41,620 nucleotides of DNA, from assembly GCA_903831155.1 (NCBI GenBank), contig CAIKWU010000483.1, positions 1 through 41,620 on the forward strand, given 5' to 3'. The stretch's first letter is position 1, and the number at the start of each line of letters is the position of its first letter. The notes under the pieces were generated by a model that worked only from the letters and a program-made list of their open reading frames with translations, had not been told where the DNA came from and made no database searches. This DNA comes from an uncultured Planctomycetaceae bacterium. GTDB taxonomy: Bacteria; Planctomycetota; Planctomycetia; Pirellulales; UBA1268. The position numbers and the translations under genes are program-made. Positions 33,276-41,620 of this stretch are shown here, piece after piece.

Positions 33276-34674
33276 CCGGGTCGACGAACATCGCCCGGGC
33301 GTTGCCGTGGCAGACGCCCTCGACCACGGCGTCGAGCCAGTCGCGGCGGTCGGGCAGGCGGCCGGTCGCCACGTCGCTGCCGAGCAGGTCGCAGAGGATC
33401 CGCCGGAAGTATTCATGCCGGGGATAGGAGAGGAACGACCGCGAGTCGGTCACCATCCCGACGAACCGTGAGAGGAGGCCGAGGTCCGAAAGCATGTTCA
33501 TCTGGTCGCGCATGCCCCGCTCCTGGTCCATGAACCACCAGCCGCTGCCCCACTGCATCTTGCCGGGGATCACGCCGTCCTGGAACGAGCCCGGCATCGC
33601 GGCGAACAGGGCGTTGTCGGCGGGGTTGATGTTGTAGAGGATCGTGCGGCCGAGGCTGCCCTCGTCGACGAGCCGGCCGAGGAACCGGACGAGGCCCGGG
33701 CCCTGCGACAGGTCGCCGATCGTGTCGCAGCCGGAGTCGGCGCCGAGCCGGCGGGCCATCGGGGCGTTGGGGTCGCGGAAGGCGCCGAGGTGCAGCTGGG
33801 TCACGAAGCCCCGGGCGTGGTTGAGCCGGGCGACGTGGAGCGCGACGTGCGTGGCGAACCGGTCGGCCTCTTCCGCCGTGGCGGGCGTCCCGGCAAGCGT
33901 CCGCTGCCAGATCGCGGCGGCCTCGGCGTCGGTGAGGTGCGTGGCGGCGAGCACGTCGAGGCCGTGGTCGCTCGCCCGGCAGCCGGCGGCGGCGAAGTCG
34001 GCGTGCCGCTTCGTGAGTGCGGCGAGGAGGCCCGAGTGGGTGTCGGTGGCGACGCCGGCGATGTCGGCGAGCCGTCGTGCCCAGGCCTTCACCTTCTCGG
34101 GCTGATGCACCTTGCCGGCGACGTCGGGGCGGAAGGTGGGCACCACCTTCACCGGAAATCCCGAGGCGGTGATCCGTGCATGCCAGTCGAGGGAGTCGGC
34201 CGGGTCGTCGGTGGTGCCGACGAGCACCACGTTCATCTTCCTGAGGATGCCGCGGGCGGTGAGCGGCCCCGTCGTCAGCTGGTGGTTGGCTTCGTTCCAG
34301 ACCTTCTCGGCCGTCGTGCCGTCGAGCAGGTCGTCGATTCCGAAGTGCCGGCGGAGCTCGAGGTGCGTCCAGTGGAAGAGCGGATTGCGGAGCGTGTGCG
34401 GCACCGTCTCGGCCCAGGCCTGGAACTTTTCCCGCGGCGTGGCCGAGCCCGTGATCCGCTCCTCGTTCACGCCGTCGGCCCGCATGGCCCGCCACTTGTA
34501 GTGGTCGCCCTCGAGCCAGGCGGCGTGGAGGCTCTCGAAGCGACGGTCCTCGGCGATGTCCTTCGGGCTCAGGTGGCAGTGGTAGTCGACGATCGGCTGG
34601 GGCGCCGCCACCCGGCGGTAGAGGTCGGCGGCCACCGGAGACGAAAGCAGGAAGTCGTCGCCGCAGAATCCCAT
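33265..34674 (-). CDS. uxaC: Glucuronate (uronate) isomerase
   Basis: DYHCHL, GDHYKWRAMR, NPLFHWTHLEL, TTDDP, GWWFMD, GMVTDSRSFLSYPRHEYFRR. Confidence 0.97.
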   Translation of the reverse strand: MGFCGDDFLLSSPVAADLYRRVAAPQPIVDYHCHLSPKDIAEDRRFESLHAAWLEGDHYKWRAMRADGVNEERITGSATPREKFQAWAETVPHTLRNPLFHWTHLELRRHFGIDDLLDGTTAEKVWNEANHQLTTGPLTARGILRKMNVVLVGTTDDPADSLDWHARITASGFPVKVVPTFRPDVAGKVHQPEKVKAWARRLADIAGVATDTHSGLLAALTKRHADFAAAGCRASDHGLDVLAATHLTDAEAAAIWQRTLAGTPATAEEADRFATHVALHVARLNHARGFVTQLHLGAFRDPNAPMARRLGADSGCDTIGDLSQGPGLVRFLGRLVDEGSLGRTILYNINPADNALFAAMPGSFQDGVIPGKMQWGSGWWFMDQERGMRDQMNMLSDLGLLSRFVGMVTDSRSFLSYPRHEYFRRILCDLLGSDVATGRLPDRRDWLDAVVEGVCHGNARAMFVDPVTA

Positions 34675-34681
34675 GGTCGGC

Positions 34682-35146
34682 TCACTTCTTCACGAGGGCG
34701 TCGCGAATCTCACGCAGCAGCGCGATGTCCTCGGGCGGAGCGGCCGGCGTGTCGTCCTTCTTGGTCTCGAACTTCGCCTTCGCCGTGTTGATCGCCTTGA
34801 TCACCACGAAGATCGCGGCGGCCACCAGCATGAAGTCGACCACCGACTGGATGAAGGGGCCGTAGTTGAGGATCGGGTAGTTCTGGAAGATCATCACCGG
34901 CTTGCCGTCTTCCATCACCATCGTGCCGTCGGCGTTGAGCTTCGGCGCCTCCGTCTTGATCTTGTATGCCAGGTCGGTGAAGTTCACGCCGAACTTGCTC
35001 GTCAGCAGGTTGAGCGGCGGCATGATGATGTTGGCGACGAGCGAGCCGATGATCTTGCCGAAGGCGCTGCCGATCACCACGCCGACGGCGAGGTCGATCA
35101 CGTTGCCCCGCATCGCGAAATCGCGGAACTCCTTGAGAAGGCCCAT
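34682..35146 (-). CDS. mscL: Large-conductance mechanosensitive channel
   Basis: EFRDFAMRGNVIDLAVGVVIG, YGPFIQ..VDF, LLREIRD. Confidence 0.97.
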   Translation of the reverse strand: MGLLKEFRDFAMRGNVIDLAVGVVIGSAFGKIIGSLVANIIMPPLNLLTSKFGVNFTDLAYKIKTEAPKLNADGTMVMEDGKPVMIFQNYPILNYGPFIQSVVDFMLVAAAIFVVIKAINTAKAKFETKKDDTPAAPPEDIALLREIRDALVKK

Positions 35147-35277
35147 GGTGGTCGTGCTCCGGGGGTGGTTGGGGGGCGACAGTATGCCGCGTCGGCGCCG
35201 GCCCGTTCAACGTCGCCGGCTTCCGCCGCCGGCGGGTAGAGTGCTGTCGGACTTCACCTCGACCCTGGACGTGACCC

Positions 35278-37362
35278 ATGTCGACCATCGGGCTGGCCCT
35301 CTCCGGGGGCGGATTCCGAGCCACGCTCTACCACCTCGGCGTGGTCCGCTATTTCCGCGACTGCGGGGCCCTCGAGCGGGTCGGCGACATCGCCTCGGTC
35401 TCGGGGGGCAGCATTCTGGCGGCACACCTGGTGCTCAACTGGGATCGCTACACCGGCGACGACGCGGCCTTCGCGGAGGCGGCGAAGGAGATCGTCCGCT
35501 TCGTGCAGCACGACGTCCGCAACCGGATCGTGCGGCGGCTGCCGCTCCTCTTTCCGATCCGCCTCGTCGGCAAGCTCACCGGCTGGCAGGCGGCCTCCTT
35601 CACGCCCAACGCGCTGCTCGAGAAGGCCTACCGGCAGTTCCTCTACGGCGACCGCCGGCTCTTCGAGCTTCCCGAGAAGCCGAATCTCCACATCCTCTCG
35701 ACCAACGTCAGCGACGGCGTGATGGCCGTGTTCGACCGTGAGGGGCTCCACATCCAGAAGCGGGAGCAGGGCGAGACCGACCCCTTTCGCCACATCGCCG
35801 GGGAGACGGCTTCGATCGCGAAGGTGGTGAGCGCGTCGTCGGCGTTTCCGGGGTTCTTTCCACCGGTCGAGATCACGGCCCACGACCTCGGCGTGCACGA
35901 GGGGCAGTTTCCGGCCGAGTCGTTCACCGACGGCGGCGTCTACGACAACCTCGGCACCCGGGCCTTCGCCTGGCTGACGGCCCACCGGGGCCGTTCCTAC
36001 CATCGCGTCGTCGTCAGCGACGCGGGCAAGCCGTTTCAGATCCTCGGCAACGCGCCGCTGGGATTCATCGCCCAGTCGATCCGGGCGACGGACATCCTCT
36101 GGGACCGCGTCTGGCAGCTCGAGCGGGAGAACTTCGGCGACCAGAACGGATACCACTTCCTTCCGGTCACGCACATCGTCGATCCCCGCGACGACGCCCA
36201 CGCGATGCACCCCGTGGTGCAGGCGGAGGTGTCGTGCATCCGCACCGACCTCGACCGGTTCAGCGACCTGGAGGTCAACGCCCTGGTGGCCCACGGCTAC
36301 GAGGTGGCCCGCAGCCTGCACCGGCGGATCGGCGGGAAGGCGCTCGTGCCCGTGTGCGAAGGCCCCCCCTGGGAGCCGTTGCCGGGGCGGCATTCGGTGG
36401 TGGTGTCGACCCCGCCCGACCCCGGCCACGGAACGGCTCGCAAGGCGGGCACGAGCTCACCGGCGCGACTGGAGGAACAGCTTCGCCGCTCCAGCCAGCG
36501 CAAGGTCTGGTCGACGCTCCTCGACTGGCAGGACTGGCCGAGCTACCTCTATGTCGCGCTCGGGTTCCTGCTGTTCGTCGCCCTGCCGGTGCACGTCTAC
36601 CGGCTGCACCGCCACGCCCAGATGCTCACGAGCATGATCGACTCGATCGCCGAGGGCGATCCCGACATCCGGCTCGTGCTCGACCTCGTGGAGGCCGATC
36701 CGCTCGATTCCTGGCAGAAGCTCGAGGTGGTCGATGCCACCGAGACGACGGCCGACGACTACGAGGGGCTCGAGGTTCTGGCCTACAGCCGGATCACCGA
36801 TCTCCGCACCGCGTGGAGCGGCGGCCTCAGGCCCGACCTCGGCGGCCAGGTGCACTTCCGCGAGCGCGCCGTCCTCAGGGTCACCGACGAGGCCCGCCGC
36901 AAGCGGGGCGTGGTGTTCCGCACGATGCTGCCGGTCCAGGACATCGAGTACCGTCAGCCGAAGGATGGCGCCCCCATGCGGGTCCGCCGGGTTCGCGGTG
37001 GTGAACCCGGCGGCGGCCCGGACCTGCACTACGAGATCCACGTCGACCTGTCGCGGGCGCCGGTCGGACAGCCGGTGCCGTTCGAACTCGCGGCGGTCGT
37101 CAGGTTCGCGTCGCTGCCGGCTGGCCGGATGCCGATGGTGATGCAGTTCGACGCGGACCTGCTCACGGTCTGGATCCTGTTTCCGGACGACCATCCCTAC
37201 AAGTGGTATCAGCTCGTCACCTATCCGCGGGGCGATGCCGCCGCGACGGAGCCGCTCACGTCGCGGTACACGATCGACCATCCCTACGGCCGTCTGATCG
37301 GCTGGTCGGTGATCACGCCCCGCGAGGGCACCGTCTACGAGTGCCGCTGGACGGGCGACTGA
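35278..37362 (+). CDS. Patatin-like phospholipase with a TM helix and an uncharacterised C-terminal domain
   Basis: LSGGGFRA, SVSGGS, ASSAFP, DGGVYDN; TM YLYVALGFLLFVALPVHVY. Confidence 0.88.
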   Translation: MSTIGLALSGGGFRATLYHLGVVRYFRDCGALERVGDIASVSGGSILAAHLVLNWDRYTGDDAAFAEAAKEIVRFVQHDVRNRIVRRLPLLFPIRLVGKLTGWQAASFTPNALLEKAYRQFLYGDRRLFELPEKPNLHILSTNVSDGVMAVFDREGLHIQKREQGETDPFRHIAGETASIAKVVSASSAFPGFFPPVEITAHDLGVHEGQFPAESFTDGGVYDNLGTRAFAWLTAHRGRSYHRVVVSDAGKPFQILGNAPLGFIAQSIRATDILWDRVWQLERENFGDQNGYHFLPVTHIVDPRDDAHAMHPVVQAEVSCIRTDLDRFSDLEVNALVAHGYEVARSLHRRIGGKALVPVCEGPPWEPLPGRHSVVVSTPPDPGHGTARKAGTSSPARLEEQLRRSSQRKVWSTLLDWQDWPSYLYVALGFLLFVALPVHVYRLHRHAQMLTSMIDSIAEGDPDIRLVLDLVEADPLDSWQKLEVVDATETTADDYEGLEVLAYSRITDLRTAWSGGLRPDLGGQVHFRERAVLRVTDEARRKRGVVFRTMLPVQDIEYRQPKDGAPMRVRRVRGGEPGGGPDLHYEIHVDLSRAPVGQPVPFELAAVVRFASLPAGRMPMVMQFDADLLTVWILFPDDHPYKWYQLVTYPRGDAAATEPLTSRYTIDHPYGRLIGWSVITPREGTVYECRWTGD

Positions 37363-37370
37363 CGGGCGTC

Positions 37371-37745
37371 TCAGCGGAAACAGCGCAGCCCGGCCCAGAC
37401 CGCGGCAAGGCCGAGCAGCGTGGTGGCCACCACGTAGGCGGCCGCCGCCGGTCCGCGGCCCGACTCGGCCATCTCGACCGACTGGAAGGCGAAGCTCGAG
37501 TAGGTCGTGAAGCCGCCCAGAAGGCCCACGAGGAGCACGCCGTCGAGTTCGGTGGGGAGGCTGCGGGACCGCACGTAGGAGTAGATCGCCCCGAAGACGA
37601 ACGACCCCGCGACGTTCACGGCGAGCGTGCCCCAGGGGAACGCGGGGCCGAAGAGCCTCACGGCCACCGCCGTGCAGCCGGCCCGGAGAACCGTCCCCAC
37701 CGCGCCGGCGAGCCCGAGGAGCATGAGGTTGGCGATCGAGTTCAC
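37371..37745 (-). CDS. crcB: Fluoride channel Fluc/CrcB
   Basis: GAVGTVLR, FPWGTLAVN..GSF, GLLGGFTTYSSF. Confidence 0.93.
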   Translation of the reverse strand: MNSIANLMLLGLAGAVGTVLRAGCTAVAVRLFGPAFPWGTLAVNVAGSFVFGAIYSYVRSRSLPTELDGVLLVGLLGGFTTYSSFAFQSVEMAESGRGPAAAAYVVATTLLGLAAVWAGLRCFR

Positions 37746-37925
37746 GGCGCGTCTCCGCTTTCACCGCCCTGATTGCCCATGAGGTCGTTCCGCCACAGCA
37801 GGTGCCGCACCCTGGCCGGGGACGAGTGGCGAAGCCTGGTGGACTGGGCAGGCTCGGCGGAACGGGTGATGCCGAACTTCGCCGCCCCACGTGCGTAGTA
37901 TTGGTCAACCACGGAGGGTTTCATC

Positions 37926-38093
37926 ATGGACGCCCACTTCAACGAGTATCTGGCCGCCGTCGCCGGCCTGCAGGATCTCTACGGCCACCCGGCCGAGGAC
38001 CACCCGACCGAGTTCCACGACGAGGTCACGCCTCCCGTCTCGGCGACCGAGCCGGCCCCGGCGGCCACGACCACGATCGCCGCCTCGCTCTGA
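37926..38093 (+). CDS. 55-aa acidic small protein
   Basis: GGAGGG SD 7 nt before ATG; MDAHFNEYLAAVAGLQDLYGHPAEDHPTEFHDEVTPPVSATEPAPAATTTIAASL; GC3-rich codons; fills the gap between two minus-strand genes. Confidence 0.65.
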   Translation: MDAHFNEYLAAVAGLQDLYGHPAEDHPTEFHDEVTPPVSATEPAPAATTTIAASL

Positions 38094-38113
38094 CCCGAAC
38101 GCAGCGGACGTCG

Positions 38114-39064
38114 TCATCGCACGGCGGCAGGCTGGCCGGCCATCGCGGCGGCCTGCCGGGCCTCGCAGGGATGGAACGCCGCCCACACCGGGTTGTGGTC
38201 CGACACCTCGAGCGCCGTGTCGAGCGGCAGTCCGAAGGTGTTCTGGAGATCGAGCACGCCCCACATGCCGAGGTACTCGGCGGTGGCCGGCGAGGCGAAC
38301 ACGAGGTTGTCGTAGGTCTTCGAGCGGCGGGTGTTGGTGGTCACCCCCGACACCGCCCAGCCCACGCCCGGAATGCGGCGAAGCGGGCTGAACTCGGGCG
38401 GACCGGCGTTGAGGTCGCCGAGCAGGATCACGTCGTCCTCGTCAGGCCGCAGCGCCTGCATCGACTGGAAGACGCCGCTCAGGGCGTTGAGCTCCTGCGG
38501 CACCTCGTCGGGATCCGTGTGGATGTCGACGAGCCAGAAGGTGAAGGCCTGATCGGCCGGCGTCACGCGGGTGCGGAAGCGGACGTGCATCGGGGGACGG
38601 TGGAGGGCGTTGCCCGGATTGGGGCAGACGCCGAGCGACGACGCATCGACCTCGATGCGGTTGGTGTCGTAGACGAAGGTGTACTGCTCCTTGCTCACCG
38701 TGCGTCCCTCCCGGGGCCCGATCACGTAGTGGTAGCGGCTGCCGTCGGCGTTCACCGCCCGCACGAAGGAGGGCACGATCTCGTCCGACTTCGCCCGCAC
38801 CTCCTGGATGGCGACGATGTCGAACTTCCGCACCACCCGGGCGAGCACCTCCACCACGTGCTGCTTGGCCATCTTCGATTCGCCGAACACCTGGATGTTG
38901 AAACTGGCGATCAGGACGGCGTCCCACGGCTTGACGACCGGTCCGCCGGGCTGCTGGGCGGCCACCGACCCGGGGAGCAGCAGGCACCAGACGGCGACGA
39001 GGGCCCAGGGCCTCGGGGGCCCGGCCGCGTGCCGCGACGACGATCGTGAACCGTTCCTCCCCAC
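38114..39064 (-). CDS. Exported DNase I-like endonuclease (EEP superfamily)
   Basis: IASFNIQVFG, IAIQEVR-type motif (DIVAIQEVR), EQYTFVY, HTDP, LGDLNA, YDN, SDHNPV; N-terminal signal/anchor. Confidence 0.9.
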   Translation of the reverse strand: MGRNGSRSSSRHAAGPPRPWALVAVWCLLLPGSVAAQQPGGPVVKPWDAVLIASFNIQVFGESKMAKQHVVEVLARVVRKFDIVAIQEVRAKSDEIVPSFVRAVNADGSRYHYVIGPREGRTVSKEQYTFVYDTNRIEVDASSLGVCPNPGNALHRPPMHVRFRTRVTPADQAFTFWLVDIHTDPDEVPQELNALSGVFQSMQALRPDEDDVILLGDLNAGPPEFSPLRRIPGVGWAVSGVTTNTRRSKTYDNLVFASPATAEYLGMWGVLDLQNTFGLPLDTALEVSDHNPVWAAFHPCEARQAAAMAGQPAAVR

Positions 39065-39124
39065 GCCCTTTCTATCGGCCGGAGGCCGTGGGTGCGTGGT
39101 GGCCGGGCGGCTCCGCCGCCATCA

Positions 39125-39631
39125 TCACGCGCCGATTGCCGCGATGGCCTCGGTGGCGAGGTGGGCGAGCCGCTCGTCGCCGCGGGACGTGGCGTTACGG
39201 AGCGCCGGAACCGCCGGGGCTGCCGCCGGCCCGATTCTCCCGAGCGCCCAGGCTGCCCGCTGTGCCACGGCGAGGTCGGCCGACGCGATGCATCGGGTCA
39301 GCGTGTCCACCGCCGTCGCCGCAGACTGCCCGCCTCGCCCAAGAAGCGTGATCGCCCAGTAGCCCACGAGCGGGTTCGATGACGCGGCGAGCGCGGAGAG
39401 GTCGGGGATCATTGCGGCGGCGGGTGGGCCGATCTCCTCGAGTGCCGCCACCGCCCATTCACGGACCGTGTCGTCGGCGTCGCCACAGGCCCGCACGAGC
39501 GGCACGATGGCCGGGCGGGCCTGCTCGCCCGCCTGGCAGAGTCGCTCCGCCGCCGCACCGCGGCGGCCTGGTTCTTCGGCGGCTAGATCCCGAAGGGCCG
39601 CCTGCAGCATCTCGTCGGCCGATTCCGCCAT
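39125..39631 (-). CDS. HEAT/PBS-lyase repeat protein
   Basis: Repeated VR..AV.AL..IG..A...IP.L units; GGAGG SD. Confidence 0.85.
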   Translation of the reverse strand: MAESADEMLQAALRDLAAEEPGRRGAAAERLCQAGEQARPAIVPLVRACGDADDTVREWAVAALEEIGPPAAAMIPDLSALAASSNPLVGYWAITLLGRGGQSAATAVDTLTRCIASADLAVAQRAAWALGRIGPAAAPAVPALRNATSRGDERLAHLATEAIAAIGA

Positions 39632-39673
39632 GGTCGCCTCCGTGTCGGTTCGCGTCTGGTCTGTCGTGCCACC

Positions 39674-40321
39674 TTAACAAACCTGGGCAGTGGGTCGTGC
39701 CGGCTCGATGTGGATGAACGCGTCGGCGATCCGCAGCGGTGAGTTTCGCAGCACGCTCCGCACCCGGCCGCCGATGTCGTGCCCCTCCTGCACCGTCGCC
39801 TGCCCGTCCACCTCGACGTGGAGTTCGACGAAGTAGGCGGTGCCGCTCTTGCGGATGCGGCACTTGTCGAGCGCCCACACGCCTTCCACCGCCGCGGCCA
39901 GATCGCGGACCTTCCGTTCGAACTCCTTGTCCGGGGCGGCATCGAGAAGCTCCCGCACGGCCATGCGGAGGAGGTTCAGGCCGCTGAACACGATCACGAC
40001 GCAGGCGAGCAGGGCCGCCCAGTCGTCGGCCGGCTCGTAGCCGGGGCCCCCGACCAGGCCGATCGCGATGCCGACGAAGGCCGCGATCGAGGTCAGGGCG
40101 TCGGCCCAGTGGTGCCAGGCATCGGCCTGCACCGAGGTGCTCGCGGCCTCCTCGCCGATGTCGCCCATCCAGCGGGCGAGGATCACCTTCGTGGCCACCA
40201 CGATCACCAGGACGAGCAGTGTGGACCAGTGGGGCAGGTGGTGGGGCGTGAGGATCTCGCGAATGCTCTGCGCGGCGATCATGCCCGCCGCCGCCAGGAG
40301 GGCGAGCGAGGGTTCACTCAT
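39674..40321 (-). CDS. Cation diffusion facilitator (FieF-like) lacking the N-terminal TMs; possible pseudogene
   Basis: ADAWHHWADALTS, ADDWAAL, ELLDAAP, C-terminal RIRKSG..YFVELHVEV...EGHDI; only 215 aa. Confidence 0.75.
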   Translation of the reverse strand: MSEPSLALLAAAGMIAAQSIREILTPHHLPHWSTLLVLVIVVATKVILARWMGDIGEEAASTSVQADAWHHWADALTSIAAFVGIAIGLVGGPGYEPADDWAALLACVVIVFSGLNLLRMAVRELLDAAPDKEFERKVRDLAAAVEGVWALDKCRIRKSGTAYFVELHVEVDGQATVQEGHDIGGRVRSVLRNSPLRIADAFIHIEPARPTAQVC

Positions 40322-40351
40322 CGGGGTGTCTCGTCGAGGCGATCGCCCGCG

Positions 40352-41620
40352 TCACCGGGGGCTTGGCGGCGTTCCCGCCTGCCAGCACATTCTGACCTCA
40401 TCCGCCGACAGGGCCCGCGAGAAGAGCCGCACCTCGTCGATGAGCCCGGCGAAGTTCGCCCGGCTGCCGGCCGCGAAGCCGCCGATCACGAGATCGAAGT
40501 GACTCGGATTCACCCTCCCAGGCCGGTCGAGGGCCGCCACCTCGGTGCCGTCCACGAAGAGCCGCATCGTGCGGCCATCGAACGTGCCGGCGAGGTGCAC
40601 CCAGCGGCCGAGTGGAAGCGGTGCGGGGCTCGTGAGGTGGTGGCTCCAGGCCGTCTGCGGCACCTCGAAGCAGGGCCGCCCCTCGAGCAGTCCGAGCCGG
40701 TAGCCCGTGTCGATCCCGCCTCCATGAACACGGTTGACGATCCATCGGTTCGTCTGTGCGGCAGTGTCAGTTCGCACCCAGCAGTCGATCGTGACCGCCT
40801 CGGCCATCGAGAGTCGCGGATCATCCGGGACCAGCACCACGCCGCCCCGGCACTCGATCGCACTCCCGACGACTCCCGGCACCCGCTCGACGCCCTCGAT
40901 CACCTCGCCCCCGAGCCGATGGCCGGAGATGTCGAACGCCACGGGCGTGCCGGCCGGCTCGTCGAACGACCACCAGCCGACGAGCCCGGGCTGATCGCCC
41001 GCGCCGTCGATCCGCCGCGTGAGCAGGGGCTGCAGTTGCTCGTGGCGGGCCAGGGCGGCCCGGGCCGCCGTGTCGTAGGGCCCGAGCCCCACGTCCTCGG
41101 GCAGGAGGTCGACGTGCTCCGGCACTGCCCCGGAATCCCCGAACACGTTCCGCACCGCATCGAGGTAGCCGAAGCCGTGCTCCTGGTGTGGCGCGATGAA
41201 GTGCCCCTCGCCCCATTCGTTCCAGTTGTCGAGGAGGATCATCCGGCTGCCGAGCTGATCCTTGGGCAGGCCCGTCGCGATCGCCTTGGCGTCGCGGAGC
41301 AGCTGCTCGAACCGTGCCGGCGGGATCGACCAGATCGTGCCCTCGTCGTGCCAGCCGCTCCACCCCTGCGACACCGTGACCACCTGCGGGAGCACGGCCC
41401 GGTCCCGCGTGGCCCGGATGAGATCGAGCTGCCGCGCGGCCGCGTCGTCAGCTGCGGGGCTGCCGGGGAGGTGCCAGCAGTAGGCGTAGGAAGCGTCGAG
41501 CCCGAGGGCTGCCATGCGGTCGAGCGTGGCGGGCACGAAGCCGCGGTATTCGCCGAGCAGCGTGAGCCCCGCGAAGCCCGCGGCGCGGCAGGCCGCCCGC
41601 AGGGCGTCGATCGCGCGGGC
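40352..41620 (-). CDS. GH99/WbsX-like domain plus C-terminal LamG (concanavalin-like) domain; 5' end outside the window
   Basis: LDNWNEWGEGHFIAP; LVGWWSFDE, WVHLAGTFDG..MRLFVDG, FAGLIDEVRLF; frame stays open to 41620. Confidence 0.8.
   Translation of the reverse strand, partial: ARAIDALRAACRAAGFAGLTLLGEYRGFVPATLDRMAALGLDASYAYCWHLPGSPAADDAAARQLDLIRATRDRAVLPQVVTVSQGWSGWHDEGTIWSIPPARFEQLLRDAKAIATGLPKDQLGSRMILLDNWNEWGEGHFIAPHQEHGFGYLDAVRNVFGDSGAVPEHVDLLPEDVGLGPYDTAARAALARHEQLQPLLTRRIDGAGDQPGLVGWWSFDEPAGTPVAFDISGHRLGGEVIEGVERVPGVVGSAIECRGGVVLVPDDPRLSMAEAVTIDCWVRTDTAAQTNRWIVNRVHGGGIDTGYRLGLLEGRPCFEVPQTAWSHHLTSPAPLPLGRWVHLAGTFDGRTMRLFVDGTEVAALDRPGRVNPSHFDLVIGGFAAGSRANFAGLIDEVRLFSRALSADEVRMCWQAGTPPSPR

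Noticed and set aside
37746-37925. Fluoride riboswitch upstream of crcB
   Set aside because: I could not find the GGCGAUGG..UCGCC and GCUGAUGAC core; a cmscan would settle it.
35278-40321. Defence island (patatin, nuclease, HEAT protein)
   Set aside because: Mixed orientations, genome-typical GC, an exported nuclease, and no cyclase, mobile element or integrase nearby.

Overview
GC-rich bacterial chromosomal segment. Gene content points to Planctomycetota, probably Pirellulales-like (DUF1559 prepilin-type protein, FloA, tandem planctomycete-type outer-membrane barrels, dnaA-dnaN-DUF721-gyrB without recF); the taxon is an inference. Mostly core/housekeeping genes: nrdJ, PfpI, Fur, LytS/LytTR pair, birA, RlmM-like methyltransferase, ino1, aminotransferase, cysteine desulfurase, dnaN, gyrB, floA, mnmA, apt, sigma-70, uxaC, mscL, patatin, Fluc, DNase I-like, CDF, LamG protein. 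I saw no rRNA, tRNA, CRISPR, transposase or intein. Most notable: (1) an apparently self-contained ~430-nt transcription unit at 12435-12920, with a TTGACA promoter and A-tract, an SD-sequestering leader, an unannotated 20-aa Lys-rich ORF (MAKKKKKAAKKVAKKKKGHG) and a multi-branched structured 3' region; (2) a DnaA homologue at the canonical dnaA-dnaN position that has lost Walker A/B and domains I, II and IIIb but keeps the DNA-binding domain and arginine finger; (3) an NtrC-type regulator with no GAFTGA and a degenerate ATPase, next to a promoter with paired operators and a sigma-70-like -10; (4) a ~150-nt RNA rod downstream of nrdJ; (5) a catalytically dead alpha/beta hydrolase and an N-terminally deleted CDF. 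All calls were made by eye from motifs; no searches or folding were run.
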